DNA of 64,000 nt from Octopus sinensis. Taxonomy: Eukaryota. The stretch is taken from NCBI RefSeq assembly GCF_006345805.1, contig NC_043005.1, positions 103,602,001-103,666,000 on the forward strand, read 5' to 3'. Numbering within the stretch: the first letter of the stretch is position 1; every line of letters starts with the position of its first letter. Below, piece after piece: positions 52,176 through 64,000 of this stretch. Made by a program: the position numbers and the translations under genes. Under the pieces are notes generated by a model that saw nothing but the letters and a program-made list of their open reading frames with translations, was not told the DNA's origin and made no database searches.

Positions 52176-52818
52176 ATATGTGTGTAGAAGATTGCTTAAG
52201 AGTGTAGGCATGTGTGTGTAAAGAAGAGTGTACGTATGCCTGTAACTAAACCATGAAGCGAACAAGTTTTTAAAGTTGCAGGAGTTACCTTTATCTAATG
52301 TCAAAGTTTAAGCCCACGTCAGGCCTTCATTGTACATATATGTGCTGCACACACAAATACAGGCACACAAACGCATGCATACATAGTCGCTCACACACGG
52401 ACGTGTGTGAGTGTATATACATACATGCAGATATATCTAGGATGTATATATATGAATATATACACATGCGTGTTTATGTAGCTCTCAGGAGAGCTGAATA
52501 TGTATTTATATGTACGTAGTTATATGCGTATATTTAGAAAATCACATAAGCATAGCTATACATATATTTATATATGCATACACATTTATATTTATATGCG
52601 TGTGTGTGTGTGTGTGTAACGATAGAGAGGAAGAGAGAAAAGGAGAGAAGAAGCAAATAAAATAACAAAAGACAAAACCAAACACTAAAACCAAGTCCAA
52701 CAGACATTCACAATCGATATTATTACGTTGATGCTCAAAGGAAACATATACACATATATGTGAATGTATACATATCTATATATCTATCTATCTATCTATA
52801 TATATATATATATATATA

Positions 52819-53202
52819 CTAGCAGTATCGCCCGGCGTTGCTCAGGTTTGTAAGGGAAATAACTATAAAGCATTTTTAGAGAGTTATAGCCAAAAAATAG
52901 CAAAAAAATGGAAAAAAAATGATGGTAAATTTTTTTTGAGAGTTAAAAAAGGTGGAGTTGCGTCCCCTAGACGGTCTGTGGTTTGGGTTTCTGATTCTCG
53001 ACCCCATGTCGAATTTATCGATCTTTTTCAGAACTGGGGGAACTTTTCAAAATTTTCGCTGCGTTAGTTTTGAATTATGACATTGGGCTATGTGTGTGTC
53101 AAGTTTCATCAGAATCGGTTGAAAGCCGTGGTCAGAGTGAGGGTACGAGAAAACAGACACACAGAAAACGCACAGACAAACTGCCGTTTATATATATAGA
53201 GA
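52819..53202 (-). mobile_element. Non-autonomous Helitron, family B
   Basis: Reverse complement of 14411-14776; CTAG at 52819-52822. Confidence 0.9.
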
Positions 53203-53232
53203 TAGAGATATATATATATATTTTTGTATATA

Positions 53233-53348
53233 TATATATGAATAAATGAAAGAATGGAGTCGAACGCTGTCTTCGAAACATGTGTCGAGAGTAAAGGAAT
53301 TTTGTTAACATCTTCGTTCGACTCCATTCTTTCATTTATTCATATATA
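53233..53348. repeat. Perfect 34-bp inverted repeat with a 48-bp spacer
   Basis: tatatatgaataaatgaaagaatggagtcgaacg / cgttcgactccattctttcatttattcatatata. Confidence 0.9.
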
Positions 53349-53500
53349 CAACACACAAATTTCTACACATGAACCCGTAGTTTCTACCCTTGAAAGGTCG
53401 CTTCAACCGTGCTTTCTGACGTGAATTTGCTACCCAGGTTTCGGTTCAACGAATTTTCCATGCTGACGATAAACATAGGATAATTCATTCACCTACTTAA

Positions 53501-53541
<41 letters not shown>

Positions 53542-53843
53542 CATACATACATACATACATACAAACACATGTATTAATAAATATGATGTGTAGCATGATT
53601 TTCAACCCAATGCACCACAGATTGTATGAGGCAGCCAAAACGCTTGATGACAGGAAGGGCATTCCAAACAAAACACAGCCTTACAAAACCCACCCAATGC
53701 ATGCCATTAGGGTGGAGCAAACTATGTGTGCGTATATATACACAAGCACACACACACACACACATATATATATATAGATAGATATAATGGATACTCACAT
53801 TTTAATATCAATCTATCAATAAATATAGACATACATATATATA

Positions 53844-54210
53844 TCTTTATATATAAAAGTGAAGTTGTGTGTCTGTCTCCTACGATTTAGATTCCTAACT
53901 ACTCCCACATTTTGCGGTGCAGTTTAACCAAAACCGGGTATCTTATAGTCGTGATTCATATCGAGCCCTTCTGGGTATTAGCACGCGTCTACGATGAGTC
54001 TACGATTTTAAAAAGAATTTACTATCATTTTTTCCATTTTAGTGCATTTTTTCGATATTATATAAGGGAAGTAACTCTCTAAAAATGTCTACGATGAGTC
54101 AACGATTTAAAAAAAAATTTACCATAATTTTTTTTCCATTTTTGACGCATTTTTTTGCTATTTTTTGGCTCTAACTCTCTAAAAATGCTTATATAGGGCA
54201 ATACTGCTAG
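53844..54210 (+). mobile_element. Chimeric Helitron (family A 5' end, 100-bp duplication ending in a family B module, broken hairpin)
   Basis: A|TCtttatatataaaag...atactgCTAG|T; units at 53988-54087 and 54088-54187. Confidence 0.85.
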
Positions 54211-54211
54211 T

Positions 54212-54242
<31 letters not shown>

Positions 54243-54856
54243 AGTTCGAAGAGTCTAGGGAGACAACTATTGGTCTTTGTCAATAAAAACTGTATTAATT
54301 GGTAAAGTTTTAAAGTTGGTGGAGTTTGTACACCATGGGAGGCGAATATTCTGGTATTTCAGACAAAGATGTTCTTCAGGGAGGAGAGAGAGAGAGGGAG
54401 AGAGAAGCAAGAGAATTTAGGAGAGGAGGAGGCTGGAGATGAAGGTCCAGAGAAGGAGGAGAGCAATATTGGTCAGTTTATTGGTGTTTCACCTGGGAAT
54501 AAAGTTTCACTATAATTTTACAAAGTAAAAACAAATAACCAAAAAGACACACACACACACACGCAACCACTGCGCACGTATCCACAAACATACACACACA
54601 CACAGATACAGATGCGATGACACACTCACACAAACATACACATATATACACACACACACACATATACACACAAACATCTCAGTATATATACACATATATA
54701 TATATATTGAGATATATAAAAACATACGATCTTACATCACGTTTTGTAAAATCTTTTAATCTGAACCAACACTGAAGCCTCTATATGGTTTATCTACAAG
54801 TTAGAAATAGCAATCAAATCTCCCTCAATTTCCATCCTACTGTATACAATGATAAC

Positions 54857-54890
<34 letters not shown>

Positions 54891-55419
54891 CTGATCTTAA
54901 CTGATTGGAAGTGTTATCATGTACATTGTTTTGTCTTGGTATAAAAGATGGGCTACAGCAAATATTCTGCTCAATACCACAGATTTGCTTGTCAGTTGTT
55001 TGACCTTAACCAGTTGAGCATGTCCCTTTTTGGCTGACGATATGTGCATCTCTGATCATGAGCAGAAGTAGTGGGGGAGCATCATAGCCATGTGTTGAGA
55101 GGAATTCTTTGGGGTTTGAATAATTCACCTCTGGAAACATGGGTGGTTCTTTCAACATCCTTAAACATTATTCAGGAACCTTTTGAGTGGGATGGATTAC
55201 TTAACTAGAAGAAAATTCTAACTGGGCCCCATCTGCAAGGTCATGTGCTGTTTATCTTGATATGAGATCACCATGTCGCGCACATATGGTTGTGATGCAT
55301 GTGCCTAGTGTACCCTTATCAGACAGGTAGTCATGATGGGTATACTGGGCTTTGTATATTTTACCCCAGTGTCACTTTGATGGCATGCACTGCTCTCTCA
55401 CTCAATACTGATAATAATA

Positions 55420-56065
55420 ATTAGGAGAAGGAGGAAAAGGAGGATGAGCAAGAGGGAAAAGGAAGAGGGACAAAAGAAGGTAGAGAAAGAGGAAAAGGAG
55501 GGGAGGAGGAAAAGGAGAGTAAGAAGAGGAGGAAGAAAAGGAGGAGGAAGGGGGAAGAGTAGGAGGAAAATAGGAGGAAGAAAATGTGGAGGAAGAAGAT
55601 GAAGGAAAGGCGGCAGAGAAAAAGAAGGAGGAGGAAGAAAAGGAGGGAGAAGAGGAAAAGGAGGAGGAAGTGGTGGAAAAGGAGGAAGTAGAGGAAAAGG
55701 AGGAAGAAGAGGAAGGAAGTAGAGGAAAAGGAGGAAGGAAGAGGAAAAGGAGGAAGGAAGAGGAAAAGGAGGAAGGAAGAGGAAAAGGAGGAAGAAGAGG
55801 AAAAGGAGGAAGGAAGAGGAAAAGGAGGAAGGAGGAGGAAGGAAGAAGAAAAGGAGGAAGGAGGAGGAAAAGGATGAAGGAGGAGGAAAAGGAGGAAGGA
55901 GGAGGAAAAGGAGGAAGGAGGAGGAAAAGGAGGAAGGAGGAGGAAAAGGAGGAAGAGGAGGATGAAGTAGAGGAGGAAGGGGAAGAGAAGGAGAAAGAGG
56001 AGGAAGAAGAGGAAGCAGAAGAGGGAGAAGCAGAGGAGGAGGATGAAGAGGAGAGGTGAAGGAGG
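55420..56065. repeat. (GGA/GAA)n purine-rich tract
   Basis: Direct inspection; explains the E/K-rich and S/F-rich ORFs. Confidence 0.95.
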
Positions 56066-56599
56066 AGGTCCTTAAAAATAAAAGACTTGGAAGGTCTGCT
56101 CAATGATGGCTGACCATGGGCTAAAAATAAAAGAAAAGCAACATTGATTCTTCTGTTTGATAAAAACACCAGTAATCTGCGGGGGTTCAGAGAATTGACC
56201 ATAAAAGCGAATAGAAACCCAAATGATAATGCCTCCCTTGCAGCATTTCAAAACAACTGATAATGATGGCGAAGGGGATGAAGAGGATGGTGGTGGTGGT
56301 GGTGGAGGAAGAGGTAGAGACAGTTTTCAAGCAATAAAGGTGTGTAACGAGATGCTAATTATACTAATGATGTTAATAACAATGGCCATCACAATACATT
56401 GACAATAGAGGAATGAGTTGCATAAGAGATGAGGTTACACTCGAATACTGAATATTAAGTGAGAAGCAGAGGAATCCAGTTGAATTTGTTGATTCTTTCA
56501 TTGTTATTGATATTCTTAAAACTCAACAATACACTATAGAGAGAGCGCTTGTGTGTGTGGACACATATAGACACATTCATGTATATATATATATAAACA

Positions 56600-56820
56600 T
56601 ATACCGGAGTAAGCACATAAATGTGAAATAAGGTGGAAAAAAGAGTACTCAAATACGAGAGGTAGAGTAATATGCTTTATTTAAAAGCAGCAGAAATATA
56701 ACAAAAGCTGTTACTCGGAGTTTCACGTTCTCGTTCGTCGGACAGTTTTGTTAAAATTTGAACAAAACGTGAAACTCCGAGTAACAGTTTTTGTTATATT
56801 TCTGCTGCTTTTAAATAAAG
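56600..56820 (-). mobile_element. Penelope-like terminal repeat with head-to-head inverted duplication
   Basis: Arms 56675-56729 and 56766-56820; contains a hammerhead motif. The Penelope assignment is inference. Confidence 0.6.
56699..56753 (-). ncRNA. Minimal type I hammerhead ribozyme candidate
   Basis: UAACAAAACUGU-CCGACGA-ACG AGAA CGU-GAAA-CUCCGAGU-A-ACAGCUUUUGUUA: 12-bp stem I with one bulge, 3-bp stem II, palindromic stem III, GUA cleavage triplet. Core has C rather than U at position 4. Confidence 0.7.
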
Positions 56821-58631
56821 TATATAAACATATATACATATACACACAAACACAGCAACAAATGTGTGCGCACACATACACACACACACATATATATATA
56901 GGGGCCTCTTTTAGAGATGGTTAATCGGCTAACCATCTGTTCCTGCATCTGGGAATTTCTTCTCAAAGACACAAACATTGGCTAAGTTTTATTTTGATTT
57001 TTTATTAATCTGTTTATTTGAGTTTTTAGGAAAGACTAGCAGTTGGCCATGCATGCAAGGCTCTTCCTCTCCAGAACAAAGATGATACAGCTCAGTACCA
57101 GTGCTGCAGATACTGTATCAGGATGCAACGACTTAGGACAGATACAGCAAGGTATCTTTTCCAATTCACCAGAGTTTGGATGAGTTCCATTCGAGCATTA
57201 GGCCTCACAGAGGGAAAGTGGTTGAGTTCCTTTCAAGTGTTGGGCCTCATGGAAGCAATGACCAAGACCTTTGTACTCAGATTACCTCGAAATTAAATTA
57301 AATGAACTGCTGGTCAGGGACTTATATGCAAATAGAGTGAAGTCTATTTGCTGATGGGCTGCAATGCAGCACATTTCAATTATGTTGTGCTGTTATTATT
57401 GTTTAGAGACAGGTGAACCCTCATCCCGCATATATGTGATCAAAGGTATTCCAGACATTGGCTCTATATTTGGGACTCTGTTATCCAATGTGTCCTTCAT
57501 TTTCTAACATAGTAGAGCGTAATTTCAGATAGATTTGGTCCTTTGGTTCTAGTGATTACTTACAAGCTCACACTTTGTGTTTTGTGCTGTTCTCTCTCTC
57601 GCTCTCCTTTCTCTCCATCCCAGTTTCTCACACTTCTCTCCACCCCACCATTCCTGTATTTCACTCTTTATTGCTCTCTCTTCACCATCACTATCTTCTC
57701 ATACTTCATCTCTCTTTCTCTCTCTTTCCCTCTCTCTCTCAGTTGTTTTTTTCTAAAGACCCTGGTTTACCTCACGTTCTTTTTCTTTTCCTTTTAATGG
57801 ACACTTTGTTTAAGTGAATCCTATTTTTATTAATGTGGTTTGGAGGAGGGTACTATGCTCCTCATGGCCTTTGCAGATGGACCTTCTTGTTAGGGTAGGC
57901 TAGGCCTTCATATTTGAGTCGATCTGCTTGCTGATGATCAACCTCCTTAATCTCACTGGGGTCAGTTTATTTGATACTGTGAACCTTGGTGAGGGAGTAA
58001 ACCTTGACTGAAGTCAATTTTTTGTTTAGAGGTTGTTGCAATTAGATCAACTGTTTAAATTGGTGGGTTCTTATCTTGGAGTTAAAATAGGATAATTACT
58101 CTGTGTGTGTGTGTCTGTGTATGTGTGTGTGTGTGTGTGTGTACGAGATAAGATATGATAATAAGATATGATAGGATGTTTATTATGTATTATGTAAGAT
58201 AGTGTGTGTGTATGCATCTGTGTAACTGTATGGATGCATGTCAATATCTATGTGTGCATGTATCTGTAAGCATATATGAATACAGTGCGTATATGTGTTG
58301 TCCTCTAAGCTGAAAGAAAATATGATGGAGGCTGTGACAAGGGCCCTCACTTTGGCAGATATCCATGTGGGCCTTCAAAAGGTGGCCAGTGTGCAGAATG
58401 TCCTACTTTGGAAGAGGTTAGAGTTTTGTACTTCTTTTCATAAATTAAATGTCACCCCAGTAAAAGTCTTAAATTTTTGGAATGCACTTTGTACACACAC
58501 ATATGTGCATGTGCACATACACAAACATGTGTGTGTGTGTGTATGTGAATGTGTGTGTGTGTGCATTTAACTTTGTATATGTGAGTATGTATGCACAGAC
58601 GTACACACATATGTATACACTCCAATATATA

Positions 58632-58863
58632 TATTTCTTTACTACCCACAAGGGGCTAAACATAGAGGGGACAAACAAGGACAGACATAGGTATTAAGTC
58701 GATTACATCGACCCCAGTGCGTAACTGGTACTTTATTTATCGACCCCGAAAGCATGAAAGGCAAAGTCGACCTCGGCGGAATTCGAACTCAGAACGTAAC
58801 GACAGACGAAATACCGCTAAGCATTTCGCCCGGCGTGCTAACGTTTCTGCCAGCTCGCCGCCT
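58632..58863 (-). mobile_element. Young full-length SINE-B with ~18-bp TSD
   Basis: tacactccaatatatata at 58616-58633 and 58863-58880. Confidence 0.9.
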
Positions 58864-59486
58864 ACACTCCAATATATATATACACACATTGAAATTTACA
58901 CACCAATTTACAAATAAAAACATGCATGGAAACATACAAATATATATATATGTCTATATATATAAATGTGTGTGTGTGTGTATGCGTGTGTGTGTGTGTG
59001 CAGCCATGAGTTAAGCAGTGTCATGTATGGTTAAGCAGTTTGCTTTACAACAATACAATTTCTGGATCATTCGCATTGCATGGCACCTTGGGCAAATATC
59101 ATTTAGTTTAGCTCGGGGCTTGTGGGGAAAAGATCTGGTAAAGAGAATATCAAGTAAAAAGCCTGACATTTATAAGTGTGGGTGTGTCGGTGTCTTTGTG
59201 AGAGTTTGCCTTTTGTGCTTTGCATGAAAATCGATTAGAGATATGAACAATGAGGCTTGTCCGCACTTCCCTTTCAACATATTTTCTGGCAGTTGTGCTT
59301 TCGGAGATGAATGGAATGAAAAGGGAAGGGTTAATAACATGAAGAGCATCGAACTATGAAAACAATGCCACAATAGCGTGTATTTGTCAGACCCATGCGA
59401 GCAGGAGTAAAACAGACATAAAACAAATCGACAAACACAGACATGCGTAGATGCAGACACACACGAATATACGTTTCACTTACACA

Positions 59487-59712
59487 TCATCATCATCATC
59501 ATCATCGTTTAACGTCCGTTCTCCATGCTAGCATGGGTTGGACGGTTTGACCGGGGTTCTGGGAAGCCAGAAGGCTGCACCAGGCTCTAGTCTTATCTGG
59601 CAGTGTTTCTACAGCTGGATGCCCTTCCTAACGCCAACCACTTCGTGAGTGTAGTGGGTGCTTTTTACGTGCCACCTGCACAGGTGCCAGGCGAGGCTGG
59701 CAACGGCCACGG
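59487..59712 (-). mobile_element. RTE LINE 3' UTR copy
   Basis: Same family as 11486-11890. Confidence 0.85.
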
Positions 59713-59786
59713 ATCTACAAAAAACTATACGTGCACTGACTTAGATTACCTTCGTACATCTACTCTAGCACCAATTTACCTGTGTG

Positions 59787-60003
59787 TATTCTCTTTCTCT
59801 TTTACTTGTTCCAGTCATTTGACTGCGGCCATGCTGGAGCACCGCCTTTAGTCGAGCAAATCGACCCCAGAACTTATTCTTTGTAAGCCCAGTACTTATT
59901 CTATCGGTCTCTATTGCTGAACCGCTAAGTGACAGGGACATAAACACACCAGCATCGGTTGTCAAGCAATGCTAGGGGGACAAACACAGACACTCAAACA
60001 GCT

Positions 60004-60074
<71 letters not shown>

Positions 60075-60259
60075 ATATATATACATACATATATACGACA
60101 GGCTTCTTTCAGTTTCCGTCTAACAAATCCACTCACAAGGCATTGGTCAGCCCAGGGCTATAGTAGAAGACACTTGCCCAAGGTGCCACGCAGTGGGACT
60201 GAACCCAGAACCATGTGGTTGGTTAGCAAGCTACTTACCACACAGCCACTCCTGCGCCT
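59787..60259 (-). mobile_element. SINE family A, full length
   Basis: Matches the other copies in the window. Confidence 0.9.
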
Positions 60260-60734
60260 TTATCATATCAACTTTATCATAATCATAATTATCTTATGTT
60301 TGTCTTTGACGCTTACATAGGTTGGATGGATCATCAAAGTCTGAGTCAGTTATTAGGACTCACTGCCTTCATCAAATGGTGTTTTTATGGTTCATTTTCA
60401 TACTTTCATGACAAGATGCCTTTCATTCCATCAACCGCTTTATAAAGTTTACTGGATGCAGTTTATCATGGTTCTAACCCCAGAAATGTTATGACCTCCA
60501 GAAGATATGACTAAAGGATTCTCTGGACCCTAAGTTTTCTCTACTCCTTCACAGTCCACTTAATAGAGTGTACTGGCCGTGTTTTATTATGGTACCAGCA
60601 TGTGCATGAGTTATATCTACTACATGTGCATTAGACTTATACCTCTGTCATATCTACATATCAGTCATACCTACATGTGTGGTCAGTGGTGGATCTCAGT
60701 CTGGGGTTAAGGTGAAGGAAAATAGGAGTGGGTA

Positions 60735-60870
60735 TCAGGGAGACGAAGACAGGTGGTGTACAAAACAAACAGATGTATTAGTATAATGCTCAGGAATAGA
60801 AAAAGTCTTTTATGTTTTGAGCCTATGCTCTTCTACAGAAAGGGACACAGAAAAAAAACAAGGAGACAGT
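60735..60870 (-). mobile_element. Penelope-like terminal repeat fragment with decayed variant hammerhead motif
   Basis: Minus strand 60805-60848: CCUUU CUGUAGAA GAGC AUAG GCUC AAAA CAU A AAAGA. Confidence 0.55.
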
Positions 60871-61589
60871 TTTACGTAAAGTTCAAAGGTTTTGATGTTG
60901 TGGTGTATTGCAAGGATTTCTCATCGAGAGTAGAGTCCAGGGTGATCTGTAGGTGGGAGAGGTGTAACCGGAGGGTAAATGTCTAAAAGAGAATCTGTAA
61001 AGGGTAGACAGAAAGTCCAGTGGAGAAGTTCATGTGTGGTAAGAAATGACAGGATCAACATGAGCATGTGATATATAGGGAATACATAGAGGGGAAAGGG
61101 GGAGAGCAGCAATATAATAAAATTATAAGTCATATGAGAAATAGGGAGATGATGTAAAGTGTATGGGTCAGGATGATGAGAAAGGGATGCACAGTGACAG
61201 AGATGGCAGTCAGAGATACATAGGGATGGGTACAGGGAGTAGCAAACAGTAAGGAGGATGATAGCAAATATGAGAAGGTATTCAATGACAAATAAAGTGG
61301 TATGGTGAGATATTGAGAATTTGGGATGGGTAACAAAGGGAGCAGTTCCCAGGAAGGGGATAACTAGTAGCACAAATGAAAGGTAATGGAATAAGTGCAA
61401 TTCTGCTCTCATGTACCTACAGCAGCTGCGTAAATAGTGCTGGACTGAGAAGGAAGATGCAGGATGGGATGTTAGGAAGAGGAGTTGTGTGGGGAGGGGC
61501 TTGACTGTGACAAATCGAATGTGGGAGCAGAGACATGAGTGATATGTTTTCAGGATCATATTTTTTGCAAAGATGAACAGGTCTTCTTG

Positions 61590-62000
61590 AGCACAGCAAA
61601 TAACCAATCCTCTTGGTCCTTTGTCATCTTCTTTGTCATGTGACTCAACATCCTGGGGTCAGTCTTTACTAGCTTGTCTGTCTTCCTGGATTCCTTTCTT
61701 CCACAGTTTCTATCGACATTCATAATTAGCACTTATTTATGCTACTGTCCACATCAATATTCCTTACATGACCATACCAGTGCACCATCGTTCTCCTGCA
61801 CACTACATCTTTACACTTTTTATGCCCAGTTTTTTCTCTCAATGCAATTGCACATCATCTTACATGTAAATTGATGCTGCACATCCTGTGGAGGATGCTA
61901 GCTTAATTTCTTTCTAATCTTTGCATGTCAACTGACCAAGTTACACTACCACCCAGCATTGCTGTGCATAAGCAAGCATCATACAATCTACCTTTCAATC
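61590..62000 (-). mobile_element. Old degraded RTE LINE ORF C-terminus
   Basis: Diverged homologue of 12030-12450 (...actggtatggtcatg...; MTKDQEDWLFAVLKKT vs MTSDRDLWKYAVLEKT). Confidence 0.65.
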
Positions 62001-62355
62001 ATCATCATCATATCATCATTGTTTAACATTCGCTTTCCATGCTAGCATGGATTGGACAATTTTGACTGAGGGCTGGCGAACCAGATGGTTGTACCAGGCT
62101 TCAATCTTGATCTGGCAGAGTTTCCACAGCTGGATGCCCTTCCTAATGCCAACCACTCCGAGAGTGAAGTGGGTGCTTTTTACGTGCCACCGTCACGGGG
62201 GGGCCAGTCAGGCGGTACTGGCAACGACCTCGCTCGAATCTTTTTACACATCCCACCAGTACAGGCGCCAGTAAGGCGACGTTGGTAATGATCACGCTCG
62301 AATGGAACCCTTTTACGTGCCACTGGTACGGAAGCCAGTTGGCTGCTCTGGCAAC
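62000..62355 (-). mobile_element. RTE LINE 3' UTR copy
   Basis: Same family as 11486-11890. Confidence 0.85.
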
Positions 62356-62656
62356 AAGACAAACTTTTTCTTGCCGATGGAGGTGGATAGCTCACTAAAC
62401 ATTCTCCAGCTAGTCCTTACTCTAGAAACTTTACTTCAAAAAAGAACATCCTCCTCCGTTGTTATTTAGATCACTTAGCCTTAAGAAAATATCTACTACA
62501 GCTAAGTATCTCTCCAAACATTTGAGAAAATCTGCCTCCCAAGTGGTTCCCAGAAAAGGGTGACCATTAGCAACAAGTACAGCAATGAATTTAGTTTGTA
62601 GGTCAGAGTTCACCAGGGCTTGGATTTTACTTTCTATTTATCATAGTCCTCTGGCC

Positions 62657-63026
62657 CATTTGACTGTGGCCATGCTGGAGCACCGCCTTTATTCGAGCAA
62701 ATTGACCACAAGACTTATACTTTGTAAGCCTAGTACTTATTCTATCGGTCTCTTTTTCCAAACCGCTAAGTTACGGGGACATAAACACACCAGCATCGGT
62801 TGTCAAACAATGTTAGGGGACAATAACAGACAAACAAACATATACACACATACATATATATACATATATACGATGGGCTTCTTTCAGTTTCCATCAACCA
62901 AATCCACTCACAAGGCTTTGGTCAGCCCGAGGCTAAAGTAGAAGACACTTGACCAAGGTGCCACGCAGTGGGACTGAACCCGGAGCCATGTGGTTCGTAA
63001 GCAAGCTACTTACCACACAGCCACTC
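62657..63026 (-). mobile_element. SINE family A
   Basis: Matches the other copies in the window. Confidence 0.9.
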
Positions 63027-63129
63027 AACCTTCCTCCAATGCACCTCTTATATGTCCATAGTTTATACTGGTACACCATATGGAATTTCTACCTACACCT
63101 CCTCTACATACCAATCAGGTTTATTTTCC

Positions 63130-63462
63130 TGACATGTGCTGGTGGCACATAAAAAGCACCATCCGAACCAGCTGCCAATGCCAGCTCCACCTTGATTGGC
63201 TTCCGTGTTGGTGGCACATAAAAAGCACCAACCGATCGTGGCCGTTGCCAGCCTCCTCTGGCCCCTGTGCTGGTAGCATGTAAAAAGCATCCACTACACT
63301 CACAGAGTGGTTGGTGTTAGGAAGGGCATCCAGCTGAAGAAACACTGGCAGATCAGACTGGAGTCTGGTGCAGCCTCCTAGCTTCCCAGATCCTGGTTGA
63401 ATCGTTCAACCCATGCTAGCATGGAAAACAGATGTTAAACGATGATGATGATGATGATGATT
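63130..63462 (+). mobile_element. RTE LINE 3' UTR copy
   Basis: Three ggtggcacataaaaagcacc units and a (GAT)n tail. Confidence 0.85.
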
Positions 63463-63554
63463 CATATCCTGTCTGTTTTCATTCTTGCTAGGACTCTGGT
63501 CATTGCTAAGTTAACTTTAAGGCCCTCCGATTCCAATTTACCTTAAGTACTTGG

Positions 63555-63980
63555 AACTTCGGATCTTTTCAGTTTGAACGGCAGTTTTTTAAAATAATTT
63601 CCACATAACTAAACACTCTTAAACTTCGTATACTGGTAGAATGTGTTTATAAAACATCTTTTTCTCTTAGCTTTATTGAGAAAATTCTATAGTTTGTAAG
63701 ATATTTGTTGTTTTTTTCTTCAATTTCTGCAATTTCAACCAATCATTGACATCTATTGAGGTGAAAACATTCTGTGCCATATGAATATGTCCCTTGTTTA
63801 AGAAACAGATTGGGTTTATTTACATTTCTGAAGAAAAAAGATACCCTTCCCCCCACCCCTAATCCTAACCCTAAAACAGATTGAAATGCAATAGATCGAT
63901 ACTAGGGCCATAATTATGGGTGACAATTTCATATGACAACACTAGAAAAACTGCCATTCAAACCGAAAAGATCCGGAATT
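63555..63980. mobile_element. MITE with ~35-bp TIRs and an internal telomere-like motif
   Basis: aacttcggatcttttcagtttgaacggcagttttt / aaaaactgccattcaaaccgaaaagatccggaatt (4 mismatches); ccctaatcctaaccctaa near 63860. Confidence 0.7.
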
Positions 63981-64000
63981 TCTTATCTAATTCTACTATA

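Noticed and set aside
54900-55392. Probable interspersed repeat flanked by (AAT)n
   Set aside because: Looks familiar as a repeat but is single-copy in this window with no diagnostic termini, so it is not classified.
55402-56202. 266 aa S/F-rich and 157 aa E/K-rich ORFs
   Set aside because: Produced by a (GGA/GAA)n tract; no splice or domain evidence.
58295-58430. ORF with VASVQNVLLWKR resembling a PARP-type motif
   Set aside because: Short chance similarity, no convincing splice sites, and on the opposite strand to the inferred host gene.

Overview
Eukaryotic, AT-rich, repeat-dominated DNA with no prokaryotic features (no operons, no CRISPR array). From the repeat families and microsatellite load I infer a coleoid cephalopod, most likely Octopus; this is recognition from memory, not a database result. 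Nearly all supplied ORFs are artefacts of microsatellites or SINEs. The window looks like large introns of a minus-strand host gene with two phase-compatible candidate coding exons (36273-36372, 10542-10605) and no recognisable product. Mobile DNA present: several tRNA-derived SINE families (many with target-site duplications, nested or inverted), RTE-clade LINE 3' ends, six non-autonomous Helitrons (one carrying a PIF1 helicase fragment, probably part of a 2.7 kb composite with a 165-bp satellite), a deleted mariner with both TIRs, piggyBac/hAT/other MITEs, and a 5S rRNA pseudogene. The most interesting signal is a set of minimal hammerhead-ribozyme motifs in Penelope-like repeat fragments. 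One family has two copies whose stem II differs in sequence but still pairs (56699-56753, 26309-26355). A second family has four copies with a non-canonical core, CUGUNGAA, in which only position 7 varies.
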